This document shows positions 27,884 through 38,445 of a DNA stretch of 64,000 nt, in pieces. Position 1 is the stretch's first letter, and each line of letters opens with the position of its first letter. Under the pieces are notes generated by a model. The model saw only the letters and a list, made by a program, of their open reading frames with translations. It ran no database searches and was not told the origin of the DNA. The stretch comes from a virus: positions 1-64,000 of the IMG/VR virus record IMGVR_UViG_3300010375_000001. One strand, given 5' to 3'. The translations under genes and the position numbers were made by a program.

Positions 27884-28872
27884 TAAATAGGCTTTTCAAT
27901 GTCATAACTCTTGAGATCAACGGCCAGCTTCTTTTCCAGCCGCACATTACGCCGACAAGCGTTCCAGACGTGGATGATGTACTTCACCCGCTCGTCACCT
28001 CGTAACTGCTCTTGATCCGATAGCTCTCTACGCATTATCCGCTCCAACGTCTGCCGCAGATAGGCGATGTTACTATCAATAATCTTCGTCATGTGGAGAT
28101 CTTCACCAGAGGCAAGCTTCGTAAAAAATACCTCCGCGAAATCGGCGTCTAACCGTTGGAAGATGAACCACAACGCGGCATACATGGTATATGTCACAAA
28201 GGGGCCATCATTGTGGATAGCACGCGCCTTGGCAATAACCATCGTCAAAGTCTTTAACCGAGTCTTGTTGGACACCCATTTAATCAACGTGGGATTATCC
28301 ATTTTCTCACCCTTGGGCATCGTCTTCCCCACTCTGCTGTATTCGTCCAGATACCAGATATTGCGTACCGTCGCCCCCGTCACAAATCTATCTTTTAAAA
28401 TACCATGATCCTTGAGCACGTCAGCCGCAGAACGATTCACCCCCTGGTCGAGATAAATGCGAAACCTATCTTCCGGCCCAACGACAATGCTGAATTCAAT
28501 CTCCAGCGGCGGCTTGCCATTTTCGAGCCGCTTTTCGTTGGCACAAAGGAAAGCCCATAACCGTTTTTGGCCATCGATGAGCCGAAAAGTGTTGCTAATA
28601 ATGATTGGCTCGCCCGTCCAAGGATAATCGTCCGCGTACATGTCCTCGGCATACCGCTTAATATCCTTAAACTTAAATTCCCGATTACCTAAATTCAAGT
28701 CAAGAAGATCGGCCACCATGGCAGCATTCATCCGCAAGCGATGGATATAGCCATCTCTAATCTTTTTAACGCGCGCCACGATATCCGTCGTATGGATGTG
28801 CGGTTGCTTGATCTGACCATAGGATCGCTTATCCTGAATTCTTTCTGGGAAGGCGAGTTCGATATCTGTCAT
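27883..28872 (-). CDS. ParB/Srx-like N-terminal domain protein
   Basis: NRE..YAEDM..WTGEPIII..LIDGQKRLWA..LDQG..RS. Confidence 0.65.
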   Translation of the reverse strand: MTDIELAFPERIQDKRSYGQIKQPHIHTTDIVARVKKIRDGYIHRLRMNAAMVADLLDLNLGNREFKFKDIKRYAEDMYADDYPWTGEPIIISNTFRLIDGQKRLWAFLCANEKRLENGKPPLEIEFSIVVGPEDRFRIYLDQGVNRSAADVLKDHGILKDRFVTGATVRNIWYLDEYSRVGKTMPKGEKMDNPTLIKWVSNKTRLKTLTMVIAKARAIHNDGPFVTYTMYAALWFIFQRLDADFAEVFFTKLASGEDLHMTKIIDSNIAYLRQTLERIMRRELSDQEQLRGDERVKYIIHVWNACRRNVRLEKKLAVDLKSYDIEKPI

Positions 28873-28878
28873 GGGTTA

Positions 28879-30045
28879 TTAATTTTCATCGTTGTTGCTA
28901 TCGGTGGCATTGGCCGACTTCAGCTCTTGCAATTGCTGCTTGGACTTGTGTTCCTTACGCACGTTCCACAGTTGATAAGTCTTTGGCAGAACAGATACTC
29001 CCTCTTTCTCTTCTTCGGTAACTTTCGCCGGAGTCACATCCATCTTAAAGGTATATCTTGAGCCCAGCAGCGTCGTATTGACTTTCTCCCCAACCGCCTC
29101 TATAGCTGTCTTTCCAAGCGTGTTGGCTAAAAATTTAAATTTAGGTTTCCCAGGGGATGGCTCCGGCATCTCTTGCACTAAATCAAGAAACAGCTTCTTG
29201 TGTTTTTCATGGTTAAACACCAGATATCCATCGCCATTATGAGTCGTCGCCAATCCATATTCCAATTGGAGATAGATTTTCGGGTTCTGCTGAAAATATT
29301 TGCCAAAAGTGATAGTGTAGCTCGCCGCCGCAACCGTCTTGCCCTTTGCTCTTAAATCGACTCGTTTGATAAGTTTATCCGGAATCTGGACCTCGATAAG
29401 AAGGTCGTAATCGATCATCTCAACAGAGGCGGGAATGACCGGGTCCATCAAGTCGAGAAGTTTAGTATAATCGTCATACGTAAACTCCAGTTTTCTCCGG
29501 GGGACAGGCTCGTCGTCACTGAACGAAGACTCTCCTTCATCATCTGAAAGGAAGGTGACAATCGGCGGCTCTTTCGCCTCTAAAGTTTGCGGGTGAACAC
29601 CATTGGATTTCGTCATACTTGGCTCACCTTTAGTATTCACGGAACTCTCAAAATCCGCTACATCGGCAACGGTTTCCACTACCGCAGGCAGAGTAAGTTG
29701 AATGGATTTAGCCAACATGTCCACCTGAGCCAAAAATCTTTTCTGTGAAGTTTCTGTCATTTTCGCAGTACTGGGTAGAGCAATATGAAGCGGGTTCGGG
29801 ATGTGTTCAGCAATTAACATTAGTTTCTTCAATAAGTCAAGATATTTTTTTTCCGCTTGCGCCTTTCTTCCCAATTCCACTTCGATCAACGCTTGCAAAT
29901 AATTTGGCTTTTGGCCATACCGCAAGCTCATCGTGCCATACTTCTCTGAATGCAAACCGATCCAGTATCGATTATCCTCACTGACGAAGACGTGTCTATA
30001 CTTTTCACGTTGCAGCTCTTCTACAAGTTGTTCCTGAAATTTCAT
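28879..30045 (-). CDS. hypothetical protein
   Basis: 388 aa ORF in the leftward operon. Confidence 0.6.
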   Translation of the reverse strand: MKFQEQLVEELQREKYRHVFVSEDNRYWIGLHSEKYGTMSLRYGQKPNYLQALIEVELGRKAQAEKKYLDLLKKLMLIAEHIPNPLHIALPSTAKMTETSQKRFLAQVDMLAKSIQLTLPAVVETVADVADFESSVNTKGEPSMTKSNGVHPQTLEAKEPPIVTFLSDDEGESSFSDDEPVPRRKLEFTYDDYTKLLDLMDPVIPASVEMIDYDLLIEVQIPDKLIKRVDLRAKGKTVAAASYTITFGKYFQQNPKIYLQLEYGLATTHNGDGYLVFNHEKHKKLFLDLVQEMPEPSPGKPKFKFLANTLGKTAIEAVGEKVNTTLLGSRYTFKMDVTPAKVTEEEKEGVSVLPKTYQLWNVRKEHKSKQQLQELKSANATDSNNDEN

Positions 30046-30170
30046 TATAATAATTTTTCATTCTGTACCGAAAGCGTTATTTTTATCTTCCCACGGTTAC
30101 TCTCGTCTCCACTTAAATCTCCCGCTCATGATCAGCCCCTTGCGTAAAAAAAAACGTAAAACAAAATCCG

Positions 30171-30602
30171 CTATAATAAAGGCTTCCACTCGTTTAGCAG
30201 CCGTGCAGCTTCCTTTGTCATTCGACTGGTTAAATCCTCCAACTCCTGCTTCCCCGAAGTAGTAATGCCCATAATTTTCTTTTGTTCGCTTTTCATATAA
30301 GCAATCTCCTCAAACAGCACGATGAGCGCTCCCTCAAACCGGCAACTCCTTTCTACGTGATCCCGGAACAATGTTTTTAGATTTGGAATTGAAATATCTT
30401 TCGTCCCCGTGAGGATTAAAGCGAACTTGGTTCGGAATCGCGTTAATACTTTTTTCGGTACCGGCTTGCCTTCTCTTTCATCTTTCAGCAGCATGCTCAG
30501 ATAATTCCGGTGAATTTCTATCTCATCTGCAATCTGAGCTTGGGTCTTACCGGTAGCCACAACTTTGGCGATTCCATCCCCGAAGGGTAGTTTCTTTTTC
30601 AT
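30171..30602 (-). CDS. HTH transcriptional regulator, candidate repressor
   Basis: KTQAQIADEIEIHRNYLSMLL helix-turn-helix; divergent from the replication operon. Confidence 0.65.
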   Translation of the reverse strand: MKKKLPFGDGIAKVVATGKTQAQIADEIEIHRNYLSMLLKDEREGKPVPKKVLTRFRTKFALILTGTKDISIPNLKTLFRDHVERSCRFEGALIVLFEEIAYMKSEQKKIMGITTSGKQELEDLTSRMTKEAARLLNEWKPLL

Positions 30603-30673
30603 TCCATTAATGTTTCGTGATTATTGTTTACTTTTTTTCAGCGCTAAAGCGGGAATCCTTGCGCTATCTCTAA

Positions 30674-30718
30674 ATATAAATTTTTATACTGTCGGTATAA
30701 AATTTTATACTAGGTTTG
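30674..30718. promoter_or_regulatory. two 16-bp palindromic operators and -7 box TAGGTTTG
   Basis: ATATAAATTTTTATAC (30674-30689) and perfect palindrome GTATAAAATTTTATAC (30695-30710) abutting TAGGTTTG (30711-30718). Confidence 0.6.
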
Positions 30719-30768
30719 TACTATCCCCTGCAATATAGACTGTACAACGAACAGTACAAAATTTTTTC

Positions 30769-31029
30769 ATGAAAACTTTCAAAAGTCGGCATGAGCACCT
30801 GTCTGCCGAAGAGATGCGTATTCTCCAGGCTATCAACCAGGGGTATGGCAACTTCACGGGCAATGCTATGGAGGTGGGACTACACAAAAACACTTATCGA
30901 TACATCCTTCGACGAGGGTCGGGTAGGCGTGAGAACATCCAGAAAATCAGAGCAGTATTGTTAAAGCATCCTCAATATGAAAGTGATCCATCTGAACAGA
31001 GCCAAGATCCAGCAGGATCGGAAAGTTGA
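30769..31029 (+). CDS. Cro-like HTH protein
   Basis: AMEVGLHKNTYRYILRRG; first gene of the rightward operon. Confidence 0.55.
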   Translation: MKTFKSRHEHLSAEEMRILQAINQGYGNFTGNAMEVGLHKNTYRYILRRGSGRRENIQKIRAVLLKHPQYESDPSEQSQDPAGSES

Positions 31030-31127
31030 TGAGCTCGCCGACCAGCTGCGGAGCCGATTGAGGGCGCAGGCGAGGCGTCGCGTACAACAATATTTGCAGC
31101 CCAACGAACCAATACAACGTACAACAT

Positions 31128-31400
31128 ATGGTACAACACACGAGACAATTTGATTTTGCCTGGAACGGGCTGTTCGTTTATTGCACAGCGACCCTTTATC
31201 CTGACGGCTCTCTCCAAAAGATCGACGTCGATTATGTCATCGAAGGAATAAAAGAGTGGCGATGGTTATTGGAAGAAACGAATAGCCCTGTCGTGCGACT
31301 CGTTCGCATGAAAATGATGGCGCAAATCAAATTGACAGCTGCCAAAATGATTGCTTCGATTATCTCCCCTGCGTTCGATACCTACGAATTTACTTTTTAA
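31128..31400 (+). CDS. hypothetical protein
   Basis: ORF in operon. Confidence 0.5.
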   Translation: MVQHTRQFDFAWNGLFVYCTATLYPDGSLQKIDVDYVIEGIKEWRWLLEETNSPVVRLVRMKMMAQIKLTAAKMIASIISPAFDTYEFTF

Positions 31401-31416
31401 ATCAATACTCTTCTTT

Positions 31417-32082
31417 ATGTCTACAGCGCCCGCCATTCAAAGCAATGGTGTCTTAGAAAATCTTGTCCTTGCTGGCGACCTCAGCAAGATGACTGATCAG
31501 CAGAAGGTCGTTTATTACAAACAATTCTGCGATAGCCTCGGAGTGAACCCGCTGACGCAACCCTTTCGGATCATGAAGTTCCAAGGTAAGGAGATCATGT
31601 ATGCGACGAAAGATGCGACCGATCAACTGCGGAAGCGGGATGGCATTAGCATCACCGACGCAACAACCGAGCGGATAGAAGATGTCCTCTTCGTTACCGT
31701 GAAGGGAAAGAATAAAGATGGACGCACCGATGTCGAGGTCGGTGCTGTGTACGTCGGTGGCCTAAAGGGTGAACCACTCGCCAACGCGCACATGAAGGCG
31801 CTGACGAAGAGCAAGCGCCGGTTGACATTGTCGATCGTAGGGCTGGGCATGCCGGATGAATCGGAAATCGAAACAATCGACGTCAACGCCGTTACGGTGG
31901 ACTTTCCCGAAGCAGCGAAGCGCACCGTATCAGAGGGCGCCTTCGGCAGCGCAGTAGAGCGGGTCAAAGCGGGTGAAATTGATTTGATCAATAAGATGCG
32001 CACAGAATTCCGCTTAACCGATCAGCAGCTGGCCACTCTGGTGAAGCTCGAAGACCAAAACATTATTAAGCATGACGCCTAG
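31417..32082 (+). CDS. single-strand annealing recombinase (RecT/Rad52-like phage SSAP)
   Basis: GDLSKMT..FCDSLGVNPLTQPF..YATK..ANAHMKALTKSKRRLTLSIVGLG. Confidence 0.6.
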   Translation: MSTAPAIQSNGVLENLVLAGDLSKMTDQQKVVYYKQFCDSLGVNPLTQPFRIMKFQGKEIMYATKDATDQLRKRDGISITDATTERIEDVLFVTVKGKNKDGRTDVEVGAVYVGGLKGEPLANAHMKALTKSKRRLTLSIVGLGMPDESEIETIDVNAVTVDFPEAAKRTVSEGAFGSAVERVKAGEIDLINKMRTEFRLTDQQLATLVKLEDQNIIKHDA

Positions 32083-32636
32083 AGAACAAGAGGGCTGCTT
32101 TTTTATGTCCATTGCCTTTTTCGCAGCGGTACTTATCACATTAATCTTACATCTTTTATTATGAACGAAGTATTTGAAATGGAGATCCATGGCCGGGTTA
32201 TTCGTGGTGACCGCGCTCTCATGGACAGATTGATCGAGCACTATACGCCGAGGCTCTATATTATCAAACCAAGTAAAATGAACGACCATGCAGCATTTAG
32301 TCAAGCACCGGCCACAGCATTGCCGGCTGGCGACGGGGGAAGAATTGAAGGGGGAAGTGCCGACCATTGATCAGCGCCTAGAATATCTCTTCGGCCTCGA
32401 CATCCCGCACGAGCTATCCCATAGGGAAAACGTCATGGAGATGATCTTTCCGTCCGACCGGTCACTTCAAACAGGCGACGAGCTTGTCAACGAGTATGAC
32501 AAGTCTGTGATTGTCACAGAGATCTTAGAACGTCGAAAGGCTAGGGGCGACTGGGGGAAGAATCCTTACGATACCGCGCCCGACTTTGTCCGGGTTCAAT
32601 TCTTTTAAACACACACGTCACAAGGTTTCACGTGAA

Positions 32637-33182
32637 ATGTACAATGATACAATGAACAGTACAAAAGATGGATGGAAAGCGCAGTATAAGCGGCTGTATC
32701 AAGAGCACCGGAAACGAAACTATCCCATGGGTTACCGGGACTTCCCCGACATGGAGCCGAAAATGCCCAGCGAAAAAAAAGCGAACGGCCTAACCCAGCT
32801 TATTATTAAGTTCCTGGAGTGGAGTGGTCACTATGCCAATCGCATCAGCACCCAAGGGCAGGCTAGGATACACAAGATTCCAAAGTATAATCTTTCCTCC
32901 GAAACCATTCAATATAGCCAGTCGGTGCAATGGACGAAAGGAAACACGAAGAAGGGCACTCCGGATATCAGCGCCGTTATTTATGGGATGTCCGTTTGGA
33001 TAGAGGTCAAGGTAGGCAAAGACAAGATGAGTGAGGCCCAAGTAGAACAAAAGCAAAAGCTCCAACAGGCTGGCGCGTATTATTTCGTGGCCCATGACAT
33101 GCAGAGCTTTTGCGATTGGTACTATCAACTTATAGAACCGAAAGACCCAGACAGATATACGACGCTAGAAGGTTACGAATAA
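32637..33182 (+). CDS. VRR-NUC (PD-(D/E)xK) nuclease
   Basis: KGTPDI..IEVKVGKDKMSEAQ..AGAYYFVA. Confidence 0.8.
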   Translation: MYNDTMNSTKDGWKAQYKRLYQEHRKRNYPMGYRDFPDMEPKMPSEKKANGLTQLIIKFLEWSGHYANRISTQGQARIHKIPKYNLSSETIQYSQSVQWTKGNTKKGTPDISAVIYGMSVWIEVKVGKDKMSEAQVEQKQKLQQAGAYYFVAHDMQSFCDWYYQLIEPKDPDRYTTLEGYE

Positions 33183-33209
33183 CATTGACTAACTCATCTC
33201 TACATACAT

Positions 33210-35648
33210 ATGCACGATTCTCTCAGCGCCGTCTGGCAAGAAGTCACCGACTTGCTCGCGGCTGGGGTCTCGATTATCCCCGTCAGAGACAGAGAGCAGG
33301 ACGGAAAGCCGCCGAAGACGCCCTACTTCCAATGGAAGCAATTCCAGGAGCGCATCATTCAGCCCGACGAGCTATGGCACGCTATGGAAGTCTACAATAC
33401 ATCAGCCGTCGCTATCGTTTGCGGGCGGGTCTCTGGCAACTTAGAAGCTATCGATATCGATGTAAAGAATTGGCCCGGCATCGACGCTATATTGTTTGCT
33501 CTAATAAAGGACCTATATCCCGATATCTGGAGCGGTTTCAGAATTCATGCGACGCCTTCTGGTGGCTTCCATTTACTTTACCGAACGGGAAATCCTACTG
33601 GAGTTGGAAATCTCAAGCTCGCAACAAAAGAAGATTGCAAAGAGGCCGGGATTGAAACAAGAGGAGAAGGCGGCTATATTGTAGCTCCGCCGTCATTGGG
33701 CTATACGATTTATCAAAATAATCCGATTCCTACGATAACTAACGAGCAGCGGGAGAGCCTGATCAATCTCTGTCGCAGCCTAAACCAAAAGATCAAGATT
33801 GACAAGCCGGATGGAGTCAAATCAGAGGACCACTACTACGATGAAAACCCTTTTGTTCATTATAATGGCAGTGGAGCAGGTGAAACGGTGCTCTTGGACC
33901 ATGGATGGACGAAAGCAAAAAGCGGCAACAGTCACTATCACTATTTTACCCGTCCTGGGAAAGCAAAAGGGATTTCCGCAAGCTTCAACCGGCAGACCAG
34001 GTTATATTTCATCTTTACTTCTTCGACGGAATTCGAGCCCGCCACCGGTTACAATCCAGCGACCGTCCTTGCTAAACTTCAGTTCGGTGGGGACAAAAAA
34101 GCGGCCTATCAGTACTTGGTCAGTAATGGCTATGGCAAGATTAAGCCGGGGATCGAAAGAAAGCTCGTTCAGCGCGCTAAGGAGTTGCCTCCTAACGCGA
34201 GTCCCGAAGCGAAGGTGCTTTATCTGGAGACGCGGTCGCAGCAAGACAGGCAGTACCCACACGGCACCTATTGGGACGTCTCGGACAAAGGGGTGGTCAC
34301 GATCAACCGGGAAAAGCTTTATTATGTCTCGGAAAAGATCGGCTATCGCTTGTACAAAGACCGGCTGGTATTGCAGGAAGGATACAAGGTATCCGAACGA
34401 TCCGAGCGCGAGTATTACGATCATGTTAAGCAGTATATCGGTCGTGATGAGGCGGTACAGAACGCGTTCGAGGCTTTCATTCAGCGCGCCGGCAATTTTA
34501 CCATCACGAGATTGCCCCTGCTAGGCGATGACCAGATACTGCGCAGTACAAAAACGGTGGGGTATAAATTCTTTTCAGATGGCTATGTCACGATTTCGGC
34601 GACGGATATCACAACCCATTCCTACGATGATCTCAACGGCCGGCTGATCTGGAAGGCGCAGATCTGTGAGCGACCGTTTACATTGCTGGAGCAGATCGAT
34701 CCGCAAGGCCTGTATTATGAATTCCTGTCCCTGGCGGTAAGTATCTCCAGCTATCTTTGGCGAATCATTGGCTACCTGACACACGAATACAAGGATGAGA
34801 GCCAGGCCTATATCATTGTGCTGATTGAACAATGTCCTGATCCCAAGCAGGGCGGGGGCACCGGGAAGAACCTTTTCGTCAACCTGCTAGGCCATACGAC
34901 TACGCTCAAAAATGTGTCCGGCGCCCAGGTGCAGCTGAACGAAAAATTCCTCCAGGTCTGGAACTACGAGCGGGTCTTTGCGATCAATGATATTCCTCGG
35001 AAGTTCAACTTTGGCTTCTTAAAGGAACCAGCTGGAGGATCGGCCACGCTAAAGAAGTTGTTTAAGGATGAACGAACGATACCCGTCCACGAGATGCCCA
35101 AGTTTATTCTCTCCAGCAACTATTCCTTCGATGCTTCCGATGGCGGCTTGAAGCGCCGAATCATCCCGCTGGAGTTTTCTCCTTTCTTCACGCGCGTAGG
35201 CGGCGTGGATGTCCACTTCGGAAAGCTCTTCCCCTACGAATGGTCAGCCGAGGACTGGCTCCAGTACGATAACATCATCGTCCGGTCGATTCAGCATTAC
35301 CTCAAAGGCGGCGGGAAGCTCTTCCCGATGCCGCTTACGGAAGATGGCTGGCTAAAGCAATTCGACATGATCCATATGCAGCTGACGCGAGAGTTTATTC
35401 AGCAGCACTGGGACACCTGGCTGCAACTCCGTTTCGTCAGCAATGAAGTCTTCAAGGAGCACTACGGAAAGTTTTGTGTCGCTAACAACATTAATTTCAA
35501 GTTTCAGCTCTCCAGTGCGCGGATGACCTACGCACTGGAAGACTGGTGTGCGCACTACAAGGTAAAGTTTACCAGAGATCACTCCATCCGGGAGCTATTG
35601 GATACCCAACGGGGGCGGCTATTCGAATACGAGAAGGCGCCGTTTTAA
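33210..35648 (+). CDS. bifunctional primase-polymerase plus SF3-like helicase
   Basis: AIDIDVK, TPSGGFHLLY, IETRGEGGYIVAPPS; C-terminal GGTGKN Walker A, SSNY, RRI. Confidence 0.85.
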   Translation: MHDSLSAVWQEVTDLLAAGVSIIPVRDREQDGKPPKTPYFQWKQFQERIIQPDELWHAMEVYNTSAVAIVCGRVSGNLEAIDIDVKNWPGIDAILFALIKDLYPDIWSGFRIHATPSGGFHLLYRTGNPTGVGNLKLATKEDCKEAGIETRGEGGYIVAPPSLGYTIYQNNPIPTITNEQRESLINLCRSLNQKIKIDKPDGVKSEDHYYDENPFVHYNGSGAGETVLLDHGWTKAKSGNSHYHYFTRPGKAKGISASFNRQTRLYFIFTSSTEFEPATGYNPATVLAKLQFGGDKKAAYQYLVSNGYGKIKPGIERKLVQRAKELPPNASPEAKVLYLETRSQQDRQYPHGTYWDVSDKGVVTINREKLYYVSEKIGYRLYKDRLVLQEGYKVSERSEREYYDHVKQYIGRDEAVQNAFEAFIQRAGNFTITRLPLLGDDQILRSTKTVGYKFFSDGYVTISATDITTHSYDDLNGRLIWKAQICERPFTLLEQIDPQGLYYEFLSLAVSISSYLWRIIGYLTHEYKDESQAYIIVLIEQCPDPKQGGGTGKNLFVNLLGHTTTLKNVSGAQVQLNEKFLQVWNYERVFAINDIPRKFNFGFLKEPAGGSATLKKLFKDERTIPVHEMPKFILSSNYSFDASDGGLKRRIIPLEFSPFFTRVGGVDVHFGKLFPYEWSAEDWLQYDNIIVRSIQHYLKGGGKLFPMPLTEDGWLKQFDMIHMQLTREFIQQHWDTWLQLRFVSNEVFKEHYGKFCVANNINFKFQLSSARMTYALEDWCAHYKVKFTRDHSIRELLDTQRGRLFEYEKAPF

Positions 35649-35894
35649 AAGAAACGGGCCTACCGAAAAATAAAAAGCCAGCCCAAAAGCTGTCTTTATT
35701 ACCGACCAGGGACACCCCAATCCGCAAATCCAGCCCTCTTCTTTGGCGATCAGGATGCCTTGATCAGGACGTGCGCCACGATCACAGTCCTGGTAGCTGC
35801 AACAGGTAAACGGGTGTACGTAGCCCGATTGCTGATACTCGTTTAGCGCCTTCACCTGCTCAGGTGTAAACGGCGCATGGATTTTAGAGCTCAT
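35619..35894 (-). CDS. hypothetical Cys-containing protein
   Basis: APFTPEQVKALNEYQ..HPFTC..GWIC..C. Confidence 0.55.
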   Translation of the reverse strand: MSSKIHAPFTPEQVKALNEYQQSGYVHPFTCCSYQDCDRGARPDQGILIAKEEGWICGLGCPWSVIKTAFGLAFYFSVGPFLLKRRLLVFE

Positions 35895-35897
35895 ATA

Positions 35898-36197
35898 TTA
35901 CCATTTGAATTTTGCACCTCTTCGCTTTAACTCCATCGTCGGCAACGGCGGCAGCAGTTTGTCCGGCCTTGTCTTAAGGATTACGCATAACTTCAAAATG
36001 TCTTCCAACACCGGCCGTTGCCTACCTGCCTCAATATTGATAATAGAGATGCGAGACATATCCATTAAGTCGGCGAGATCCTCTTGACGTATATGCAGCC
36101 GCTTGCGCGCCGCTCGAACATTCTTGCCGAACTGCTCGATGACCTTCGGGTATCTCGTTCCGCTACGCATCGGGCTTCTGGTTTGTCTTTTCGCCAA
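35898..36197 (-). CDS. XRE-family HTH regulator
   Basis: FGKNVRAARK..QEDLAD..SRISIINIEAGRQRP. Confidence 0.85.
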   Translation of the reverse strand: MAKRQTRSPMRSGTRYPKVIEQFGKNVRAARKRLHIRQEDLADLMDMSRISIINIEAGRQRPVLEDILKLCVILKTRPDKLLPPLPTMELKRRGAKFKW

Positions 36198-36612
36198 AGA
36201 CGAATGTTGTTAATTTTTTCATAACCTCTGGATCGAACGCGTATCCCAGTTTTCGTGCGACGAGGACAACCCTTTTGACGGTTTCTTTAGCAACGCCATG
36301 GATGTCCCCTTTTCTAATCTTGTACACCATACTGGGGCTTACGTTCGCCTTTGCAGCGATAGCGATGGCGCTAACCTCTCTTTTGGGTTTAATGATGATT
36401 GGCATTCTTTGGTGGCTAAGAACAACCTGCCTCATGAGGGTTAGACAATCGTGCTTATATTCCAATGCATCGGCGGCTTCTACTACTTTTGCCAACAAAT
36501 CAATAGAATAGATTCGCCACCCACCGCGTAAAATATGGGATATCGTTTGTGATGTGCAGCCAGCTTTCTCGGCTATCATGGCTTGTGTTGTTTTTTGTTT
36601 ATCCATATGCAT
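36163..36612 (-). CDS. tandem LacI-like HTH protein
   Basis: Two HTHs: IAEKAGCTSQTISHIL and IAAKANVSPSMVYKI. Confidence 0.7.
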   Translation of the reverse strand: MHMDKQKTTQAMIAEKAGCTSQTISHILRGGWRIYSIDLLAKVVEAADALEYKHDCLTLMRQVVLSHQRMPIIIKPKREVSAIAIAAKANVSPSMVYKIRKGDIHGVAKETVKRVVLVARKLGYAFDPEVMKKLTTFVFGEKTNQKPDA

Positions 36613-37073
36613 TAGATTAATTTTAAAGCATGTAGCAACGCCCCTTCGCGGGCGAGTTCGTGCGATGACTCAATGCTTCTTTTGGATTTCCAATCTACTT
36701 CCGCTGGCAGCACGGAGTGCTCAACCTCTTCTCCCAATTGAAAAAGACCATATGTCCAAGTACCATTACTATGTGGGTAGGCCGTTGCCTGTATCCCATG
36801 CTTCTCCCGCAACCATCGCTCCAGCAGATCCTGGGTCGGACACGCAATGATGTACTCCGGAAGGTTGCTGTTGGTTGTGGGGTCTTCTTCCCTCGTGCGC
36901 GCCATCGACTCCTTAATGGTAGTCGGGATGCTCAGCGGCAGCGGTCGGGCAAGCAGATCAAGCACTAGCTTGGCCTCTCCATCCTGCACCCGATAGACGT
37001 AGGCGCAGGGCTCATCGAATCCCTTAGCGCGGGCGAGTTTCGCGGTCTCAAACGTAACGAGTTCTTCTTGCAT
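36612..37073 (-). CDS. hypothetical phage protein (VTFETAKLA family)
   Basis: VTFETAKLA.AKGF..PTQ.LL.RWLREKH motif common in Bacteroidota phages. Confidence 0.65.
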   Translation of the reverse strand: MQEELVTFETAKLARAKGFDEPCAYVYRVQDGEAKLVLDLLARPLPLSIPTTIKESMARTREEDPTTNSNLPEYIIACPTQDLLERWLREKHGIQATAYPHSNGTWTYGLFQLGEEVEHSVLPAEVDWKSKRSIESSHELAREGALLHALKLI

Positions 37074-37074
37074 A

Positions 37075-37440
37075 TCAGTTGGGATGAATGGGTGGCAGCG
37101 CTTCGCTCCCCTCAATCTTGCGTGCGAAGTGGGAGGCAAGCGAGAAGCGGGCGAGGATCTTGTCGATACAGCCCGGATGGTTCCGTAAGTAATCGTAAAA
37201 CCTGCTGATGTTGCATGCGCCCGACTCCTCATACATTACTTTCAATTCCTTCATGAATAAGCCAAACACGGCCGGAGTGGAACAGGATGCTGTCTCGTAG
37301 AAGGCTAGCTCGCCACCGGTAACCCCGATGATGTAGGCGCAATAATACGTCAGGCAGTTGTCACATAACCGATCCTTACCGCGATAGCCAAAGAGGGAGA
37401 ATATCAACTCTAGCGCTAGCCTATCATCTTGCTCAATCAT
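37075..37440 (-). CDS. hypothetical protein
   Basis: Coupled ORF in operon. Confidence 0.45.
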   Translation of the reverse strand: MIEQDDRLALELIFSLFGYRGKDRLCDNCLTYYCAYIIGVTGGELAFYETASCSTPAVFGLFMKELKVMYEESGACNISRFYDYLRNHPGCIDKILARFSLASHFARKIEGSEALPPIHPN

Positions 37441-38137
37441 GCGAATACTTTTTACCGTGAGGATAGATGCCCAGCCACTTCTTGATCTTGTACACAAGCA
37501 TATACCACCACCAATATTTCAACATCTTTTGCCCTATCTTGTCGTAGACCACCTTGTCGGCCAGATCCCTTGGCGTCAGTTGCCCCTGCTGCTCGCGATC
37601 GCTGTAGCGCCAGATGTTCACCGCCATCGCGATCGCGGGGACCTGACGCTCGGCGGCATCCAGCTTCGCTTGTGTCGCTTCTGGCAACGCCAACCAGATC
37701 GCCCGTTGCTGACCATCGCTCAATAGTGCGTAATAGTTGAAACAGCTGGAGTTTCGCAAACCTTCATCTTGGTCACCACTCCGCTTAGGGAAAGCCAGCA
37801 GCGTTCGTTCGAACTGTTCGAGCGAGTAAGGATGCGACCGCAACAGCTCGGGCTCAGCCGGAGGTGGCGGGCCTTCCTTCAGCCGCTGCTGCTCAGCCAG
37901 GACTAGTTGGATCGCTTCTTCCGTATACTTGCCAAAGGCCTTCGTGCACTTATACACTTTGGCAAGCTGCGGGAGCGGCAGCTGCTTCATGAGCCGACCG
38001 TACTCTTCGTCAGGCAACAACTTGAACCGCTCCGAGAGCTCGATCAGCCGTTCCTTCGGCACCTCGGCGTACTGCGGATCTTTGGTGACGAGGCCGATCA
38101 CCAATAGAAACTCTTCATAGCTCATCGTTTCTTTCAT
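37433..38137 (-). CDS. hypothetical protein
   Basis: Helical ORF in operon. Confidence 0.55.
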   Translation of the reverse strand: MKETMSYEEFLLVIGLVTKDPQYAEVPKERLIELSERFKLLPDEEYGRLMKQLPLPQLAKVYKCTKAFGKYTEEAIQLVLAEQQRLKEGPPPPAEPELLRSHPYSLEQFERTLLAFPKRSGDQDEGLRNSSCFNYYALLSDGQQRAIWLALPEATQAKLDAAERQVPAIAMAVNIWRYSDREQQGQLTPRDLADKVVYDKIGQKMLKYWWWYMLVYKIKKWLGIYPHGKKYSHD

Positions 38138-38148
38138 ATGATGTGAGT

Positions 38149-38358
38149 TTATTTGTCCTCGTGTTCGATAATCCATAGGTCGGTTACCATTTCTTCCTGG
38201 TCGCAGTCCATCGCAGCGATTTGCCAACCAGCTGCCTCCAGCGTAGCTACTAGGCCATCCAATATTCCTTTGCGATCGGTGCCAAATTTCGTGGCCAGCA
38301 GCAGGTTGATGAATCCGATTACCAGTTTCGTTCCTTCTTTATCGAGTTGGTAGGTCAT
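38149..38358 (-). CDS. hypothetical protein
   Basis: ORF in operon. Confidence 0.45.
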   Translation of the reverse strand: MTYQLDKEGTKLVIGFINLLLATKFGTDRKGILDGLVATLEAAGWQIAAMDCDQEEMVTDLWIIEHEDK

Positions 38359-38445
38359 AGCTTAATCTCTAGGTGCCGGCCATCCATATCCCAGCGGTAG
38401 CGTTGCTGGAGCTCGTGCAGATAATGGATCTCGAATGTCAATCAT
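38355..38445 (-). pseudogene. internally deleted third paralog of the two upstream genes
   Basis: Starts MIDI like 38849; another frame ends FEIHYLHELQQRYRWDMDGRHLEIKL*. Confidence 0.6.
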
